Position numbers and translations under genes: made by a program. Shown here piece after piece: positions 54,765-64,000 of a DNA stretch of 64,000 nt (its first letter is position 1; every line of letters starts with the position of its first letter). Source of the stretch: Acetobacter sp. (GTDB taxonomy: Bacteria; Pseudomonadota; Alphaproteobacteria; Acetobacterales; Acetobacteraceae); the NCBI GenBank assembly GCA_017413025.1, contig JAFPVE010000021.1:77-64076 (forward strand), written 5' to 3'. Below the pieces are notes generated by a model that was given only the letters and a program-made list of their open reading frames with translations, searched no databases and had not been told where the DNA came from.

Positions 54765-57392
54765 TTATTCTACAATGTCTTGAGAAGAATCTTTAACTTG
54801 TGGAGTTTGGGGTGTTTTAGGTAATAAAGCCGGGACAAATGCCAAAGTCGCCACTAACGTACACCCGAGAGAGAGTAAAAGAAGGCGCCCCATGCTAGCT
54901 GTGCCCGGATGGTGTGACAAGGCTAATGAGCCAAAGGCTGTGCCCGTTGTCAGGGCTGAAAACAACACCGCGCGGGCTGTGGGTGAGGCTAAAGGATAAC
55001 GCAACCCATCACGCCAATTCATCACAAAATAGATATTAAACGACACCCCAACCCCAAGGAGTAGCGGGAGAGAAATAATATTCGCAAAATTTAATGTCTC
55101 TGGTATGACCACAATTAAAATAATGGTCATCAAGGCAGATAATAATAAAGGTGCCAAAACCAACGACATGTCCAAGACACGCCGTAACATAAGAAAGAGA
55201 ATGACAGCGATCATCACCACAGCTGCTGCAACAGCTTGCTCAAAAGCCAGCACAATAGAGTGGGCACTTTCAACGATATCAACCGCAGATCCTGCTATGG
55301 TCGGCGCAATTTTTTGTAATGATGTGACAAAAGCATCAAGAGAATCAGAATTTTTTATAACCCCTTTGGGGTATACTTCTACCAACGCCCGCCCATCAGG
55401 AAGTAGATAATCATTCGCCAAAACAGGGGGTACATCTTTCATCGTCACAGGTTGCGCTTGTAACATTAAGCGCAAGCGATTAAGCTCCATCGGTAAAAAC
55501 TTTACAAGGTCTGTATTTGCTGCTATAAGCACGGCATCTTGTGCCTGTGATAAACGCAGTAAAGCCCGCTGAATACGACGTAAAGGGCTTTGTTTTGGCA
55601 ATTTGTTAAGGACACGCCCTAAAGCCATTGCACTTGCCTTAGCAGAAGCACGTAATTGTGCTACATTCGGCGGTAAAGCAGGCTTATAAACCATAAGCGT
55701 TGGTAAAAGCATTGTCGCCGCATCTTGAATAATCGCCAGTTTTTCTGGCTGTTGTGTCGGCACAAACGAGCCAAGCCACATCACATCAGACACATCTGGC
55801 AATGCAGAGAAACGTTGCGCCGCTTTTTTGGCATCGGCTAAAGAGGGTGTCAGCAATTCTGCACTATACGGTGATGTTTGCGGGTTATTGATGAGCTTCA
55901 TTAATGTCCGCATACCTTCAGAATTGGGATTTTTTGTATGCAAAGGATCGCCATCAAAACGTAAAAAAGGAATAAGAAGAAGGCCACTCAAAGCAAGCAC
56001 GCCAAAAAATAATAAGATCCACTTCCGATAAGTACGCACCCCTATATCAACAGGGCGCATAAAAGCAAACCCCATATCAGGGCAATTAAACGTGGCTTGA
56101 CAAATCCGTAACAGGGCGGGTAAGAGACTTGCTGTGCAAATAAACGCTATAATCATGCCTACCCCTGCGATAAGACCAAGCTGGGCAACCCCTAAAAACG
56201 CTGTGGGTGTAAAGGCTAAAAAACCTGCTGATGTTGCCAAAGCCGCCACAAGAATTTGTTTTCCTGTTGCATCGCCTGTACGCTGTAATGCCTTAAAAAT
56301 ATTCTCTTGCGAAAAAGGCAATTCTTGTGCTCTAAAGCGAACAGAAAATTGAATAGCAAAATCAACAGCAATGCCGACAAATAAAACAGCAAACGCCACA
56401 GAAATGAGATTCAGCGTTCCTACAGCAAAGGCTGCAAACCCTGTTGTTAGTAACAGTCCAACCACAAGTGTCACCACAATAGGAAAAATAACGCGCCAAG
56501 TTTTTACAGCAAGAGTAAGCCAGAGTGTTACCAAAACTAACGAACCAATAAGCCCTGCGACCATTCCTTTTGCTACTGTGGCAAACTCTTCATCATCAAT
56601 TTGCACTTGTCCCGTAATATAGACTTTTGCATGACCTGTGCGAACAAAAGGGAGCGTACTAATCGCTTGACGCATAGCCGCTGCCGCAGCTCCCCCTGGT
56701 TGAAACGAACCATAATCTAGTTTCGGTTTTGTAACAACAAACCGATAGCGCCCCCCAAGGTCTGTTAATTTTCCTCCGAGCAAACGCTCCCATGACACAA
56801 AATACCCATGACCATCAGCCGATTTTTCTAAAGCATTGGCGAACCCTACTAATGGTGCATTAAAGGCACTTATATCTTGCCCTTGATCAACACCCTGAGC
56901 AATTAACGAGAGCGCCTTAAATAAGCCTCGCGCCGAAGGATCTTGTGCTAAAGAGGCTAAAAAAGGTTGTGCTGTAATCGTATCATCTAAAACTTTACTT
57001 AAAGCGGGCACTTCAAGAAACATCAACCCATTTCGTACTAAGTAAGGGCTTGCATCGGGCTGGTGTACAAATTCAAAATCTTTATGATCGGCTGATAGAA
57101 TATGTGCGAGTTGCCGTGCTGTTTCCTCTCCGACTTCAGGCAGATCCGCCTCAACGACAGCAATCAATAAATTCTCTTTCTGAGGAAATAAACGCCCCAT
57201 TTCATCAGAACGTTGCTTCCACGGCAACGTGGGAGAAAGCATCTTACTCGTATCGGTTGTTACATCAAGGCGTGTCATACCGGCATATATCCCAATGCCT
57301 GACAGCACGAGAAACAATAAAACAACCGCCCACGCATAACGTGCACAAAAAACAATAAAACGAGCTATAAAAGAAAACCGCATAATAACCAA
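54765..57392 (-). CDS. hpnN: Hopanoid-associated RND/MMPL transporter
   Basis: Two MMPL halves; YRFVVTKPKLDYGSFQPG, GIAVDFAIQF, LLGVGVSFNIYFVMNWR, ALSHHPGTASMG. Confidence 0.88.
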   Translation of the reverse strand: MVIMRFSFIARFIVFCARYAWAVVLLFLVLSGIGIYAGMTRLDVTTDTSKMLSPTLPWKQRSDEMGRLFPQKENLLIAVVEADLPEVGEETARQLAHILSADHKDFEFVHQPDASPYLVRNGLMFLEVPALSKVLDDTITAQPFLASLAQDPSARGLFKALSLIAQGVDQGQDISAFNAPLVGFANALEKSADGHGYFVSWERLLGGKLTDLGGRYRFVVTKPKLDYGSFQPGGAAAAAMRQAISTLPFVRTGHAKVYITGQVQIDDEEFATVAKGMVAGLIGSLVLVTLWLTLAVKTWRVIFPIVVTLVVGLLLTTGFAAFAVGTLNLISVAFAVLFVGIAVDFAIQFSVRFRAQELPFSQENIFKALQRTGDATGKQILVAALATSAGFLAFTPTAFLGVAQLGLIAGVGMIIAFICTASLLPALLRICQATFNCPDMGFAFMRPVDIGVRTYRKWILLFFGVLALSGLLLIPFLRFDGDPLHTKNPNSEGMRTLMKLINNPQTSPYSAELLTPSLADAKKAAQRFSALPDVSDVMWLGSFVPTQQPEKLAIIQDAATMLLPTLMVYKPALPPNVAQLRASAKASAMALGRVLNKLPKQSPLRRIQRALLRLSQAQDAVLIAANTDLVKFLPMELNRLRLMLQAQPVTMKDVPPVLANDYLLPDGRALVEVYPKGVIKNSDSLDAFVTSLQKIAPTIAGSAVDIVESAHSIVLAFEQAVAAAVVMIAVILFLMLRRVLDMSLVLAPLLLSALMTIILIVVIPETLNFANIISLPLLLGVGVSFNIYFVMNWRDGLRYPLASPTARAVLFSALTTGTAFGSLALSHHPGTASMGRLLLLSLGCTLVATLAFVPALLPKTPQTPQVKDSSQDIVE

Positions 57393-57500
57393 CAGATTCT
57401 TACAAAATCCCCAAGTAACACAGACAACTTTTATCTAACTATAACTACAGCAAAACACTAAAATTATCCTAGGTATCTAGGTATATAGATTTAATAAAAA

Positions 57501-58043
57501 TTATCTTCTACCATAAGTCTTCCCTTGATGAAACCTTCCCGGACCAGAAGAAAACCCTCGTAATTGCCGCAAAAGAGCTATGGATTCTACACAGGCTGCG
57601 GCAGCTTCACGTCCTTTATTATGTTCATCTCCTGCAGAACGTATACGCGCCTGTTCTTGTGTATAAGTTGTTAAAATACCAAAAGTAATAGGGATATCCG
57701 TTGTTAAAGACGCCTGCATAATCCCTATACTTGTACTTAAGCTAATAAACTCAAAATGCGCTGTATCTCCTTTCACAACGCATCCGAGGCAAATAACCCC
57801 TTCATAACGATCGCTCTCGGCTAAAGTTTTGGCAAGAAGTGGCAACTCAAACGCCCCCGGCGCCATAAAAATATCACGCTCTGATACACTAATTTTATGC
57901 GCGTCAAGCCAGCCTAACGCCCCTTCTTTCAAGCCTTTTGTAATTTCCTCATTAAATCGACTTACAAGCAACGCTAAATGTGGTGCTGGAAAAAGCTGTG
58001 ATAAATCTAACGTATCCACACCCGAACGAATTCCCATGGGCAA
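57501..58043 (-). CDS. ribH: Lumazine synthase
   Basis: SRFNEEIT, APGAFELP, LGCVVKGDTAHF, FGILT, NKGREAA. Confidence 0.95.
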   Translation of the reverse strand: MPMGIRSGVDTLDLSQLFPAPHLALLVSRFNEEITKGLKEGALGWLDAHKISVSERDIFMAPGAFELPLLAKTLAESDRYEGVICLGCVVKGDTAHFEFISLSTSIGIMQASLTTDIPITFGILTTYTQEQARIRSAGDEHNKGREAAAACVESIALLRQLRGFSSGPGRFHQGKTYGRR

Positions 58044-58102
58044 ACCTTTCCTTTCTCAACAAAAAGCTTTATATTTAATTCAGAACAATACCACAAAAAA
58101 TA

Positions 58103-59437
58103 TTATTTCATTAAACTCGTTCCTTTAAGAATATGGCCTAACCTTTGTTTTTTTGTGTCTAAATAGGCACGATTAAACATATTTGCAGGCATTTCAAGCG
58201 CTACACGTTTTCGTACCACAAAACCGTAAGCGACAAGTCTACTTACTTTTTCCGGATTATTTGTTAGCATGTCTAGCACTGTCACACCAAGACTTTGCAA
58301 AATACCAGCCGCTGCTTGCCAGTCTCGCACATCAGCAGCAAAACCTAATCTGTGATTAGCCTCGACTGTATCTAACCCCGCATCTTGAAGTTCATAAGCA
58401 CGAATTTTATTGACAAGCCCTATCCCCCGACCTTCATGCCCGCGTACATACACAAGCACACCACACGCGGCACGCCCAATCGTCGAGAGCGCTGATTGAA
58501 GCTGTCCGCCACAATCACAACGTAAAGACCCTAAGGCATCCCCTGTAACACACTCAGAATGCACCCTGACCAGAGGAATAGCCCCTTGTGCACGAACATT
58601 ACCTTTCACCAGAGCAATATGTTCGATACCATTGTCATCACGAAACGCGTGCACCTGTAAATCTTCCCCACCGTACGCACTTGGAAGAGTCGCTTGTGCA
58701 AGGTCTGGCAATTCAACACTTTGAAAATAATGCTTGACATCAGAAGAAATCGGATTCACACCATGAACACGAATCCACGACACCAACTCTGCAATAGAAA
58801 TAATAGGTATGTTGTGTTTTGTCGCAAAAATATCTAATTCAGGACGACGCGCCATTGTCCCATCTTCGTTGAGAATTTCACAAATCACGGCGGCAGGCTT
58901 GAGCCCTGCAAGACGCAAAAGATCGATAGATCCTTCCGTATGACCCACACGTTCTAAAACCCCTCCTCGTGCCGCACGTAATGGAAAAACATGCCCGGGC
59001 GTTGCTATATCACAAGGTTGTGCACCTTCCGCCGTCGCAACAAGAATTGTCCGCGCACGATCCGCCGCAGAAATACCTGTACTCACACCCTCACGCGCTT
59101 CAATAGAAACAGTAAACGCCGTTCCATAACGTGCTGTATTGTGATGTTGCTGAACCATCATCTCTAACCCAAGCTGATCAACACGATCTGCTGTCAGCGG
59201 TAAACAAACAAGCCCTCGCGCATGAGTAATCATAAAATTAACAGCAGGCGGCGTAATAAACTCTGCCGCCATAACAAGATCGCCCTCATTTTCGCGATCC
59301 TCGTCGTCAACCATAATAACCATACGCCCAGCACGCACAGCCTCTAACGCTCGTATCAGTCTCTCAGATGGTTTATTTAACGAAGAAACTTCGTCCATTT
59401 CTCTTTTATTTACTTGTTTATTTACTTGTAATGACAT
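58103..59437 (-). CDS. ribBA: Bifunctional DHBP synthase / GTP cyclohydrolase II
   Basis: [22 protein letters not shown]; [27 protein letters not shown]. Confidence 0.96.
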   Translation of the reverse strand: MSLQVNKQVNKREMDEVSSLNKPSERLIRALEAVRAGRMVIMVDDEDRENEGDLVMAAEFITPPAVNFMITHARGLVCLPLTADRVDQLGLEMMVQQHHNTARYGTAFTVSIEAREGVSTGISAADRARTILVATAEGAQPCDIATPGHVFPLRAARGGVLERVGHTEGSIDLLRLAGLKPAAVICEILNEDGTMARRPELDIFATKHNIPIISIAELVSWIRVHGVNPISSDVKHYFQSVELPDLAQATLPSAYGGEDLQVHAFRDDNGIEHIALVKGNVRAQGAIPLVRVHSECVTGDALGSLRCDCGGQLQSALSTIGRAACGVLVYVRGHEGRGIGLVNKIRAYELQDAGLDTVEANHRLGFAADVRDWQAAAGILQSLGVTVLDMLTNNPEKVSRLVAYGFVVRKRVALEMPANMFNRAYLDTKKQRLGHILKGTSLMK

Positions 59438-60057
59438 TGTGCTTCCACATATTTAGCTATGATATCAACTTCTACATTCACCTTATCCCCCAGACACAAC
59501 CCCCCTAATGTTGTATGTTCCCAAGTGTAAGGGATAATCATAAGCGTTATACAGACATCATCATGTGTTGTATGCTTCACAGGTGTTTTTACACATTGAA
59601 CGTTATTGTGAATCTCATTAATCGTTAAACTAATACCGTCTAAAGCAATAGACCCTTTTTCTACCATATAACGCCGCAAATGGTGCGGTACAGCAAACTC
59701 AACTCTTCTCGCTTCCCCCACTTCCGTGCACGCAACAAACTGGGCAACCCCATCGACGTGTCCTTGCACAATATGCCCAGATAACCGCGTCAATGGTGTT
59801 ACTGCTCGCTCTAAATTCACGCGCTTTCCTACGTCAAGTTGTCCCAAACTTGTTCTTTCTAATGTCTCACTACTGACAAAAAAACGAACCTCTCCCTCAA
59901 CACTAGAGGCTATCGCCGTTAGGCAAACGCCATTAAGCGCTATACTTTCTCCCTCGCCTATATCGCGTAGCCCTGTTTGCACATCGAGAATTAAAGCGTT
60001 CGGAGAACGCTCTGCTCGAATAATTTGCCCCATTGTTTCTATAATACCGGAAAACAT
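59422..60057 (-). CDS. ribE: Riboflavin synthase
   Basis: MFSGII N-terminus, [43 protein letters not shown]. Confidence 0.95.
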   Translation of the reverse strand: MFSGIIETMGQIIRAERSPNALILDVQTGLRDIGEGESIALNGVCLTAIASSVEGEVRFFVSSETLERTSLGQLDVGKRVNLERAVTPLTRLSGHIVQGHVDGVAQFVACTEVGEARRVEFAVPHHLRRYMVEKGSIALDGISLTINEIHNNVQCVKTPVKHTTHDDVCITLMIIPYTWEHTTLGGLCLGDKVNVEVDIIAKYVEAQCHYK

Positions 60058-61139
60058 GCCTGCTCCTGTTGACACTGTGCCCACTCTGGTAACAAAGAAA
60101 TCGGTGTTATATCATGCTGCCTTGTGACATACCACTGATCAGGTTGATGATAAGCTGATTTATTTTCTTCACAATTCTCTTCACTCTGACGATGAGAGAT
60201 CGTCAGCCAATCATCCCATAAGCCAACATCATGCAACACCTTCAATAGGGTTGGTCCTGCCTCCACAAGCATCCATAAAGTGCTCATCTGCGATAAGAGT
60301 TGGGGTAAGCTATGGCAATCTGTACACAGGCTAACAACAAACCTCTCTCTCATTATGCAAAGCCACTCTGCAGGGATATTCTTTTCTTGTCCGCACACAA
60401 CCAGAGTCCGCTTCCGTGCCACATGATCTGAGACGTAACGCACTGTGAGCTCAGGCTTATCAGCGCGCACGGTTCCCGTTGCAGTAATAATACCATCGGT
60501 AACACGCCGTAGCCGATGAGCAAAACATAACGATTCACGAGAGGTAAAAGTTTTTTGCCCTGCTGGCGGGTGCATATCTCCTCGACGATTTAAGGCTTGT
60601 TTAACTGTAATCCATGGTCGGCGATGTAACATTCGCCATACAAACGGAGCGATAAGCGCTTGACACAGGCTTAAAACCTCGCCTCCATTCCGGCTTTGCT
60701 CTAACCAATAGACGGCACAGCCTGCCGCTTCTAACCGTGCCGCCCCTTTCCCTTTAACGAAAGGATTAGGATCTCGGCACCCAATCCAAAGCACTTGCAC
60801 CGGTGTTGTTAATAATATTTCTGTACACGGTGGTGTACGCCCTGTGTGGTTACATGGCTCTAACGTTACCACCACTGTATGAATCTTCTCAACAAGCCCT
60901 AACGCTCTTGCGCGCTCAACAGCCAGACGTTCGGCATGGAACTCTCCCGCACGATGGTGTGCCGCCGCCACCAAAAGACGCCCTTGATGATCAAGAAGAG
61001 CACACCCAACAGCAGGGTTTGGCGCCGTCTGCCCAACAAAACAATAGGCTTCAGAGACAGCATGCCTAAAAGCCTGCTCTATTGCCGGCGTTACAACAGC
61101 CTCTTTACCGCAGAAAGAACGTGCACCTTCTCCCACCAA
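60039..61139 (-). CDS. ribD: Riboflavin deaminase/reductase
   Basis: PNPAVGC, HAE, VTLEPCNHTGRTPPC; reductase half H..R...DGI...GTV. Confidence 0.92.
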   Translation of the reverse strand: MVGEGARSFCGKEAVVTPAIEQAFRHAVSEAYCFVGQTAPNPAVGCALLDHQGRLLVAAAHHRAGEFHAERLAVERARALGLVEKIHTVVVTLEPCNHTGRTPPCTEILLTTPVQVLWIGCRDPNPFVKGKGAARLEAAGCAVYWLEQSRNGGEVLSLCQALIAPFVWRMLHRRPWITVKQALNRRGDMHPPAGQKTFTSRESLCFAHRLRRVTDGIITATGTVRADKPELTVRYVSDHVARKRTLVVCGQEKNIPAEWLCIMRERFVVSLCTDCHSLPQLLSQMSTLWMLVEAGPTLLKVLHDVGLWDDWLTISHRQSEENCEENKSAYHQPDQWYVTRQHDITPISLLPEWAQCQQEQACFPVL

Positions 61140-61300
61140 AACTCCCCCTCATTTTCCTCATATGACATCAACCATATGACAAAGCAGACTCAGAGCAGGT
61201 TCAGAGAGACTTACCCCCTTCAGGCAACACTCCCGATTCTATAAACCAACCCAATATTGACCTATAGAAACAGACAAACACCCGACAAGAAGTGCTTCTT

Positions 61301-61451
61301 TGCTCTCTTCCATCCGGACTATCACCGTCGGCTCTGGAGTTACACCAGATCTGCTGACCCCGCTTAAAACGGGCGCTCGCGGGCTTGTTCTGCTCAAGTA
61401 ACCAAACAGAAACTTACCGCCGGTAGGGAATTACACCCTGCCCTGAGAACA
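61301..61451 (-). promoter_or_regulatory. FMN riboswitch (RFN element)
   Basis: Minus strand TCAGGGCAGGGTGTAATTCCCTACCGGCGGT...AGCCCGCGAGCG...AGCAGATCTGGTGTAACTCCAGAGCCGACGGTGATAGTCCGGATGGAAGAGA, upstream of ribD. Confidence 0.97.
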
Positions 61452-61476
61452 CTATATTAAGAACACCTAAATATCC

Positions 61477-61531
61477 GTTTGTTACAACAAACTGATACTC
61501 TTTTATATCATAAGTTGTTTGTATAACAAAC
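61477..61531. promoter_or_regulatory. Two palindromic boxes GTTTGT-N3/4-ACAAAC
   Basis: GTTTGTTACAACAAAC at 61477-61492 and GTTTGTATAACAAAC at 61517-61531. Confidence 0.5.
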
Positions 61532-61685
61532 TATACCTTAAACGACAAGATCCCTCTTAAAAAGAAATATTCATAAAAGAAATAAAGGAAAAAGCGTTAT
61601 TTTTAATAAACCCACCAATAAAAAAACTTTACGGTAATAATTACATTATTCGCACGTTCTCTATAAAAACTCATTTTCTTCTTTT

Positions 61686-61745
61686 CTTTGTTTGAATCTT
61701 TGTTTGAATCTTTGTTTGAATCTTTGTTTGAATCTTTGTTTGAAG
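61686..61745. repeat. Tandem repeat, 5 x 12 bp (CTTTGTTTGAAT)
   Basis: Four perfect units plus a fifth ending in G; no spacers. Confidence 0.97.
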
Positions 61746-61826
61746 TCTTCATTTTTTAAAATATTTTTGCTAAAAGTTCTGAAATCAAATAAAAACAAAA
61801 ACGAAAAAACGAAAAAGGGATTTTTG

Positions 61827-64000
61827 ATGATTACACAAGAGAATCTACCACAGCTATTAGAAACGTTAGAATTTTCTTCTTCCTCCAAAAATTCGGACAT
61901 AAGCCCTAAAATCTACACCAAAACTTACAATAACGGCGCGCAAATCATTGTCAACTTTCAACAGAAGAAAATAAGCTATCCAGAAGCTATTCAAAAAGGC
62001 GATGAAACAACTTGTAATTTTTCACACAATGAAAATTTTGTTGTTTTAGAATGTGTCAATCGATTATTAGAAAAAGGCTATCCACCTGAAAATTTAGAAC
62101 TTGAACCCCGTTGGAGGCTCGGACGTGAAAGTAAAACTTCGGGCAAAGCGGATATTGTCGTAAGAGACAATACTGGAAAAATTTACATTATCATTGAATG
62201 TAAAACCGCTGGTGCCGAATTTAACAAAGAATGGGAAAATATGCGCAAAGACGGCGGGCAGTTGTTGAGCTATTTTTGTCAAGATAAAAACACGCAATTT
62301 CTTTGCCTCTATACCAGTGATTATAGTAGCGATGTCGATAAAAAACTCACCTATCGCAATATTATTATTTCTACAAAAGATAATGAGGATTTTCTACGAG
62401 AAAAAAACTTAAAAGGCTATAACAACGCTAAAACCGTGCCTGAGATTTTTCAGGTCTGGCGTGACGTTTACGAATTTGCTGCCGAAGAAAAAGGGATTTT
62501 TGAGCCTGAATTTAACGCCTATAACGCAGGCAAAGCTGCCCTTAATTTTAACGATCTTAAAGAAATTACCCAAAAAGACACGAGCGGCAAAAGCGGAGAA
62601 GATGGCAAATATCACGAATTTGCCAAAATACTCCGCAAATACAACATTAGCGGTAAAGAAAACGCCTTCGATAAACTTGTTAATCTCTTTTTGTGCAAAA
62701 TTTATGACGAAACGCATAACAAAGATAATCTCCATTTTTGTTATCGCGGCGTTATGGCGGATAGCTTTGAAAGCTTACAAGATCGCCTCATGATTTTGTA
62801 CAAAGACGCCATGAAAGAGTTTCTGCACGAAGACATTACCTATGTTAGCAACGAGGAAATCGGCGCCCAATTTCACGATTTCAAACGCAATAAAATTAAA
62901 ACCAAAGCCCTGCAAGAACAAATAGAAGAATTTATCCGACAACTCAAATTTTATTCTCATAGTGATTTTAGTTTTTTAGAAGTCCACAATAAAAAGCTCT
63001 TTCTCCAAAACGCCCTCGTTTTGAGAGACGTTGTCCAACTTTTTCAGAACTATAAACTAACAAGTAACCAAACAACGCAATTTTTAGGCAATCTTTTTGA
63101 ACTCTTTTTACAAAAAGGTATGAAACAAGATGAGGGACAATTTTTCACACCTCTCCCCATTTGTGAATTTATTATGTATGCCCTGCCCCTTAAAGCCCTA
63201 TTACAAAAAAATCCTTCCTTAAAAGTGATTGATTATGCTTGCGGGGCGGGACATTTTCTCAACACTTATGCCAATGTTGTCGCCCAAATAGAGGATCAAC
63301 AACCGCGAAAAGAAGGGGCAAAAACAACCGCCCAAAGTAAGATTTATGGCATTGAAAAAGAGTACCGCTTAAGTAAGGTCGCCAAAGTGAGCTCAGCGAT
63401 GTATGGGCAAAACATTAACATTACTTATGCCGATGCGCTCGATAAAAACAAATTTACAGAAAAAGATTTTGATCTTCTCGTTGCCAATCCCCCTTACAGT
63501 GTCAAAGGCTTTTTAGAAACATTAAGCAAAAAAATGCGCAAAAGTTACGAACTCTTTGATGAGGGGATTAACCTTGAAACAAACGCTATTGAATGCTTTT
63601 TTGTTGAAAGAGCCAATGACCTCCTTAAAAGCCATGCCAAGGCTGCTATTATTTTACCCGTGAGTATTTTAACCAAAGACGGCATTTATGAAAAAACCCG
63701 ACAAATTCTCTTCCGTCATTTTGATATTATTGCGATAAACGAACTTGGCGGCGGTACATTTGGCGCAACGGGTACCAATACCATTATTTTATTTCTCTCT
63801 AAAAAACCTGTTTATGCCTCAACAAACGAGTCACAAGCTTACCTTAACCTTAAAGAAAATATTGAAGAAAGTTTGAGCTTTGAAAATGTTTTTCTCGCCC
63901 CATTTTTGCGAGAGTATTGCGCCTTTCAAAATTACCCGTTAGAGGATTTTAAGGCATTTTTAGAGGGTGTTCTTACCGACACCCTCAATAATCATGAAGT
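61827..64000 (+). CDS. Type IIG-like fused restriction endonuclease / N6-adenine methyltransferase (partial, runs off the window)
   Basis: Hand-translated 724 codons with no stop; AAGGGA SD; PD-(D/E)xK-like KADIVV...IIECK, GQFFTP, motif I IDYACGAGHF, motif IV ANPPY. Confidence 0.92.
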   Translation, partial: MITQENLPQLLETLEFSSSSKNSDISPKIYTKTYNNGAQIIVNFQQKKISYPEAIQKGDETTCNFSHNENFVVLECVNRLLEKGYPPENLELEPRWRLGRESKTSGKADIVVRDNTGKIYIIIECKTAGAEFNKEWENMRKDGGQLLSYFCQDKNTQFLCLYTSDYSSDVDKKLTYRNIIISTKDNEDFLREKNLKGYNNAKTVPEIFQVWRDVYEFAAEEKGIFEPEFNAYNAGKAALNFNDLKEITQKDTSGKSGEDGKYHEFAKILRKYNISGKENAFDKLVNLFLCKIYDETHNKDNLHFCYRGVMADSFESLQDRLMILYKDAMKEFLHEDITYVSNEEIGAQFHDFKRNKIKTKALQEQIEEFIRQLKFYSHSDFSFLEVHNKKLFLQNALVLRDVVQLFQNYKLTSNQTTQFLGNLFELFLQKGMKQDEGQFFTPLPICEFIMYALPLKALLQKNPSLKVIDYACGAGHFLNTYANVVAQIEDQQPRKEGAKTTAQSKIYGIEKEYRLSKVAKVSSAMYGQNINITYADALDKNKFTEKDFDLLVANPPYSVKGFLETLSKKMRKSYELFDEGINLETNAIECFFVERANDLLKSHAKAAIILPVSILTKDGIYEKTRQILFRHFDIIAINELGGGTFGATGTNTIILFLSKKPVYASTNESQAYLNLKENIEESLSFENVFLAPFLREYCAFQNYPLEDFKAFLEGVLTDTLNNHE

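Noticed and set aside
61686-61745. CRISPR array
   Set aside because: 12-bp units are directly adjacent with no spacers, and there are no cas genes.
61661-61900. 79-aa minus-strand ORF with KQRF repeats
   Set aside because: It is a by-product of the stop-free 12-bp repeat and antisense overlap with the RM gene start.

Overview
Chromosomal window from an AT-rich (about 40% GC by eye) Acetobacteraceae-like alphaproteobacterium. The taxonomy is inferred from protein sequences, alphaproteobacterial dcw synteny, GapR and HpnN. Most of it is housekeeping. From left to right: tRNA-Ser(GGA), trpF/pyrF, pdxA-pdxJ, a DUF3311/SSS transporter pair, amtB, a two-domain aspartic protease, proB, gapR, RNase P RNA, a complete dcw cluster without mraZ (rsmH to ftsZ, lpxC, bamD, recN, ligA), ppdK and its regulator, yigZ, yajC, a DUF815 ATPase, a Rieske oxygenase with a GNAT-MutT fusion, metZ-folE, hpnN, and a ribD-ribE-ribBA-ribH operon under an FMN riboswitch. 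No CRISPR array, rRNA or IS element was seen. Accessory DNA is small but distinct. (1) A type IIG-like restriction-modification gene (61827 to the window end, missing from the ORF track) closely resembles Campylobacter CjeI/Cj1051c from memory, has foreign codon usage, and is preceded by a 5x12-bp tandem repeat and two palindromic boxes. (2) Two ORFan islets with strong SD sequences, their own hairpins and palindromes sit between ppdK and its regulator and between yajC and DUF815. (3) A C10 tract could switch the BamD tail. Several conserved operons are fragmented. No confidently novel system is demonstrated; the best leads are the RM locus with its upstream repeats, the ORFan islets and the orphan Rieske oxygenase.
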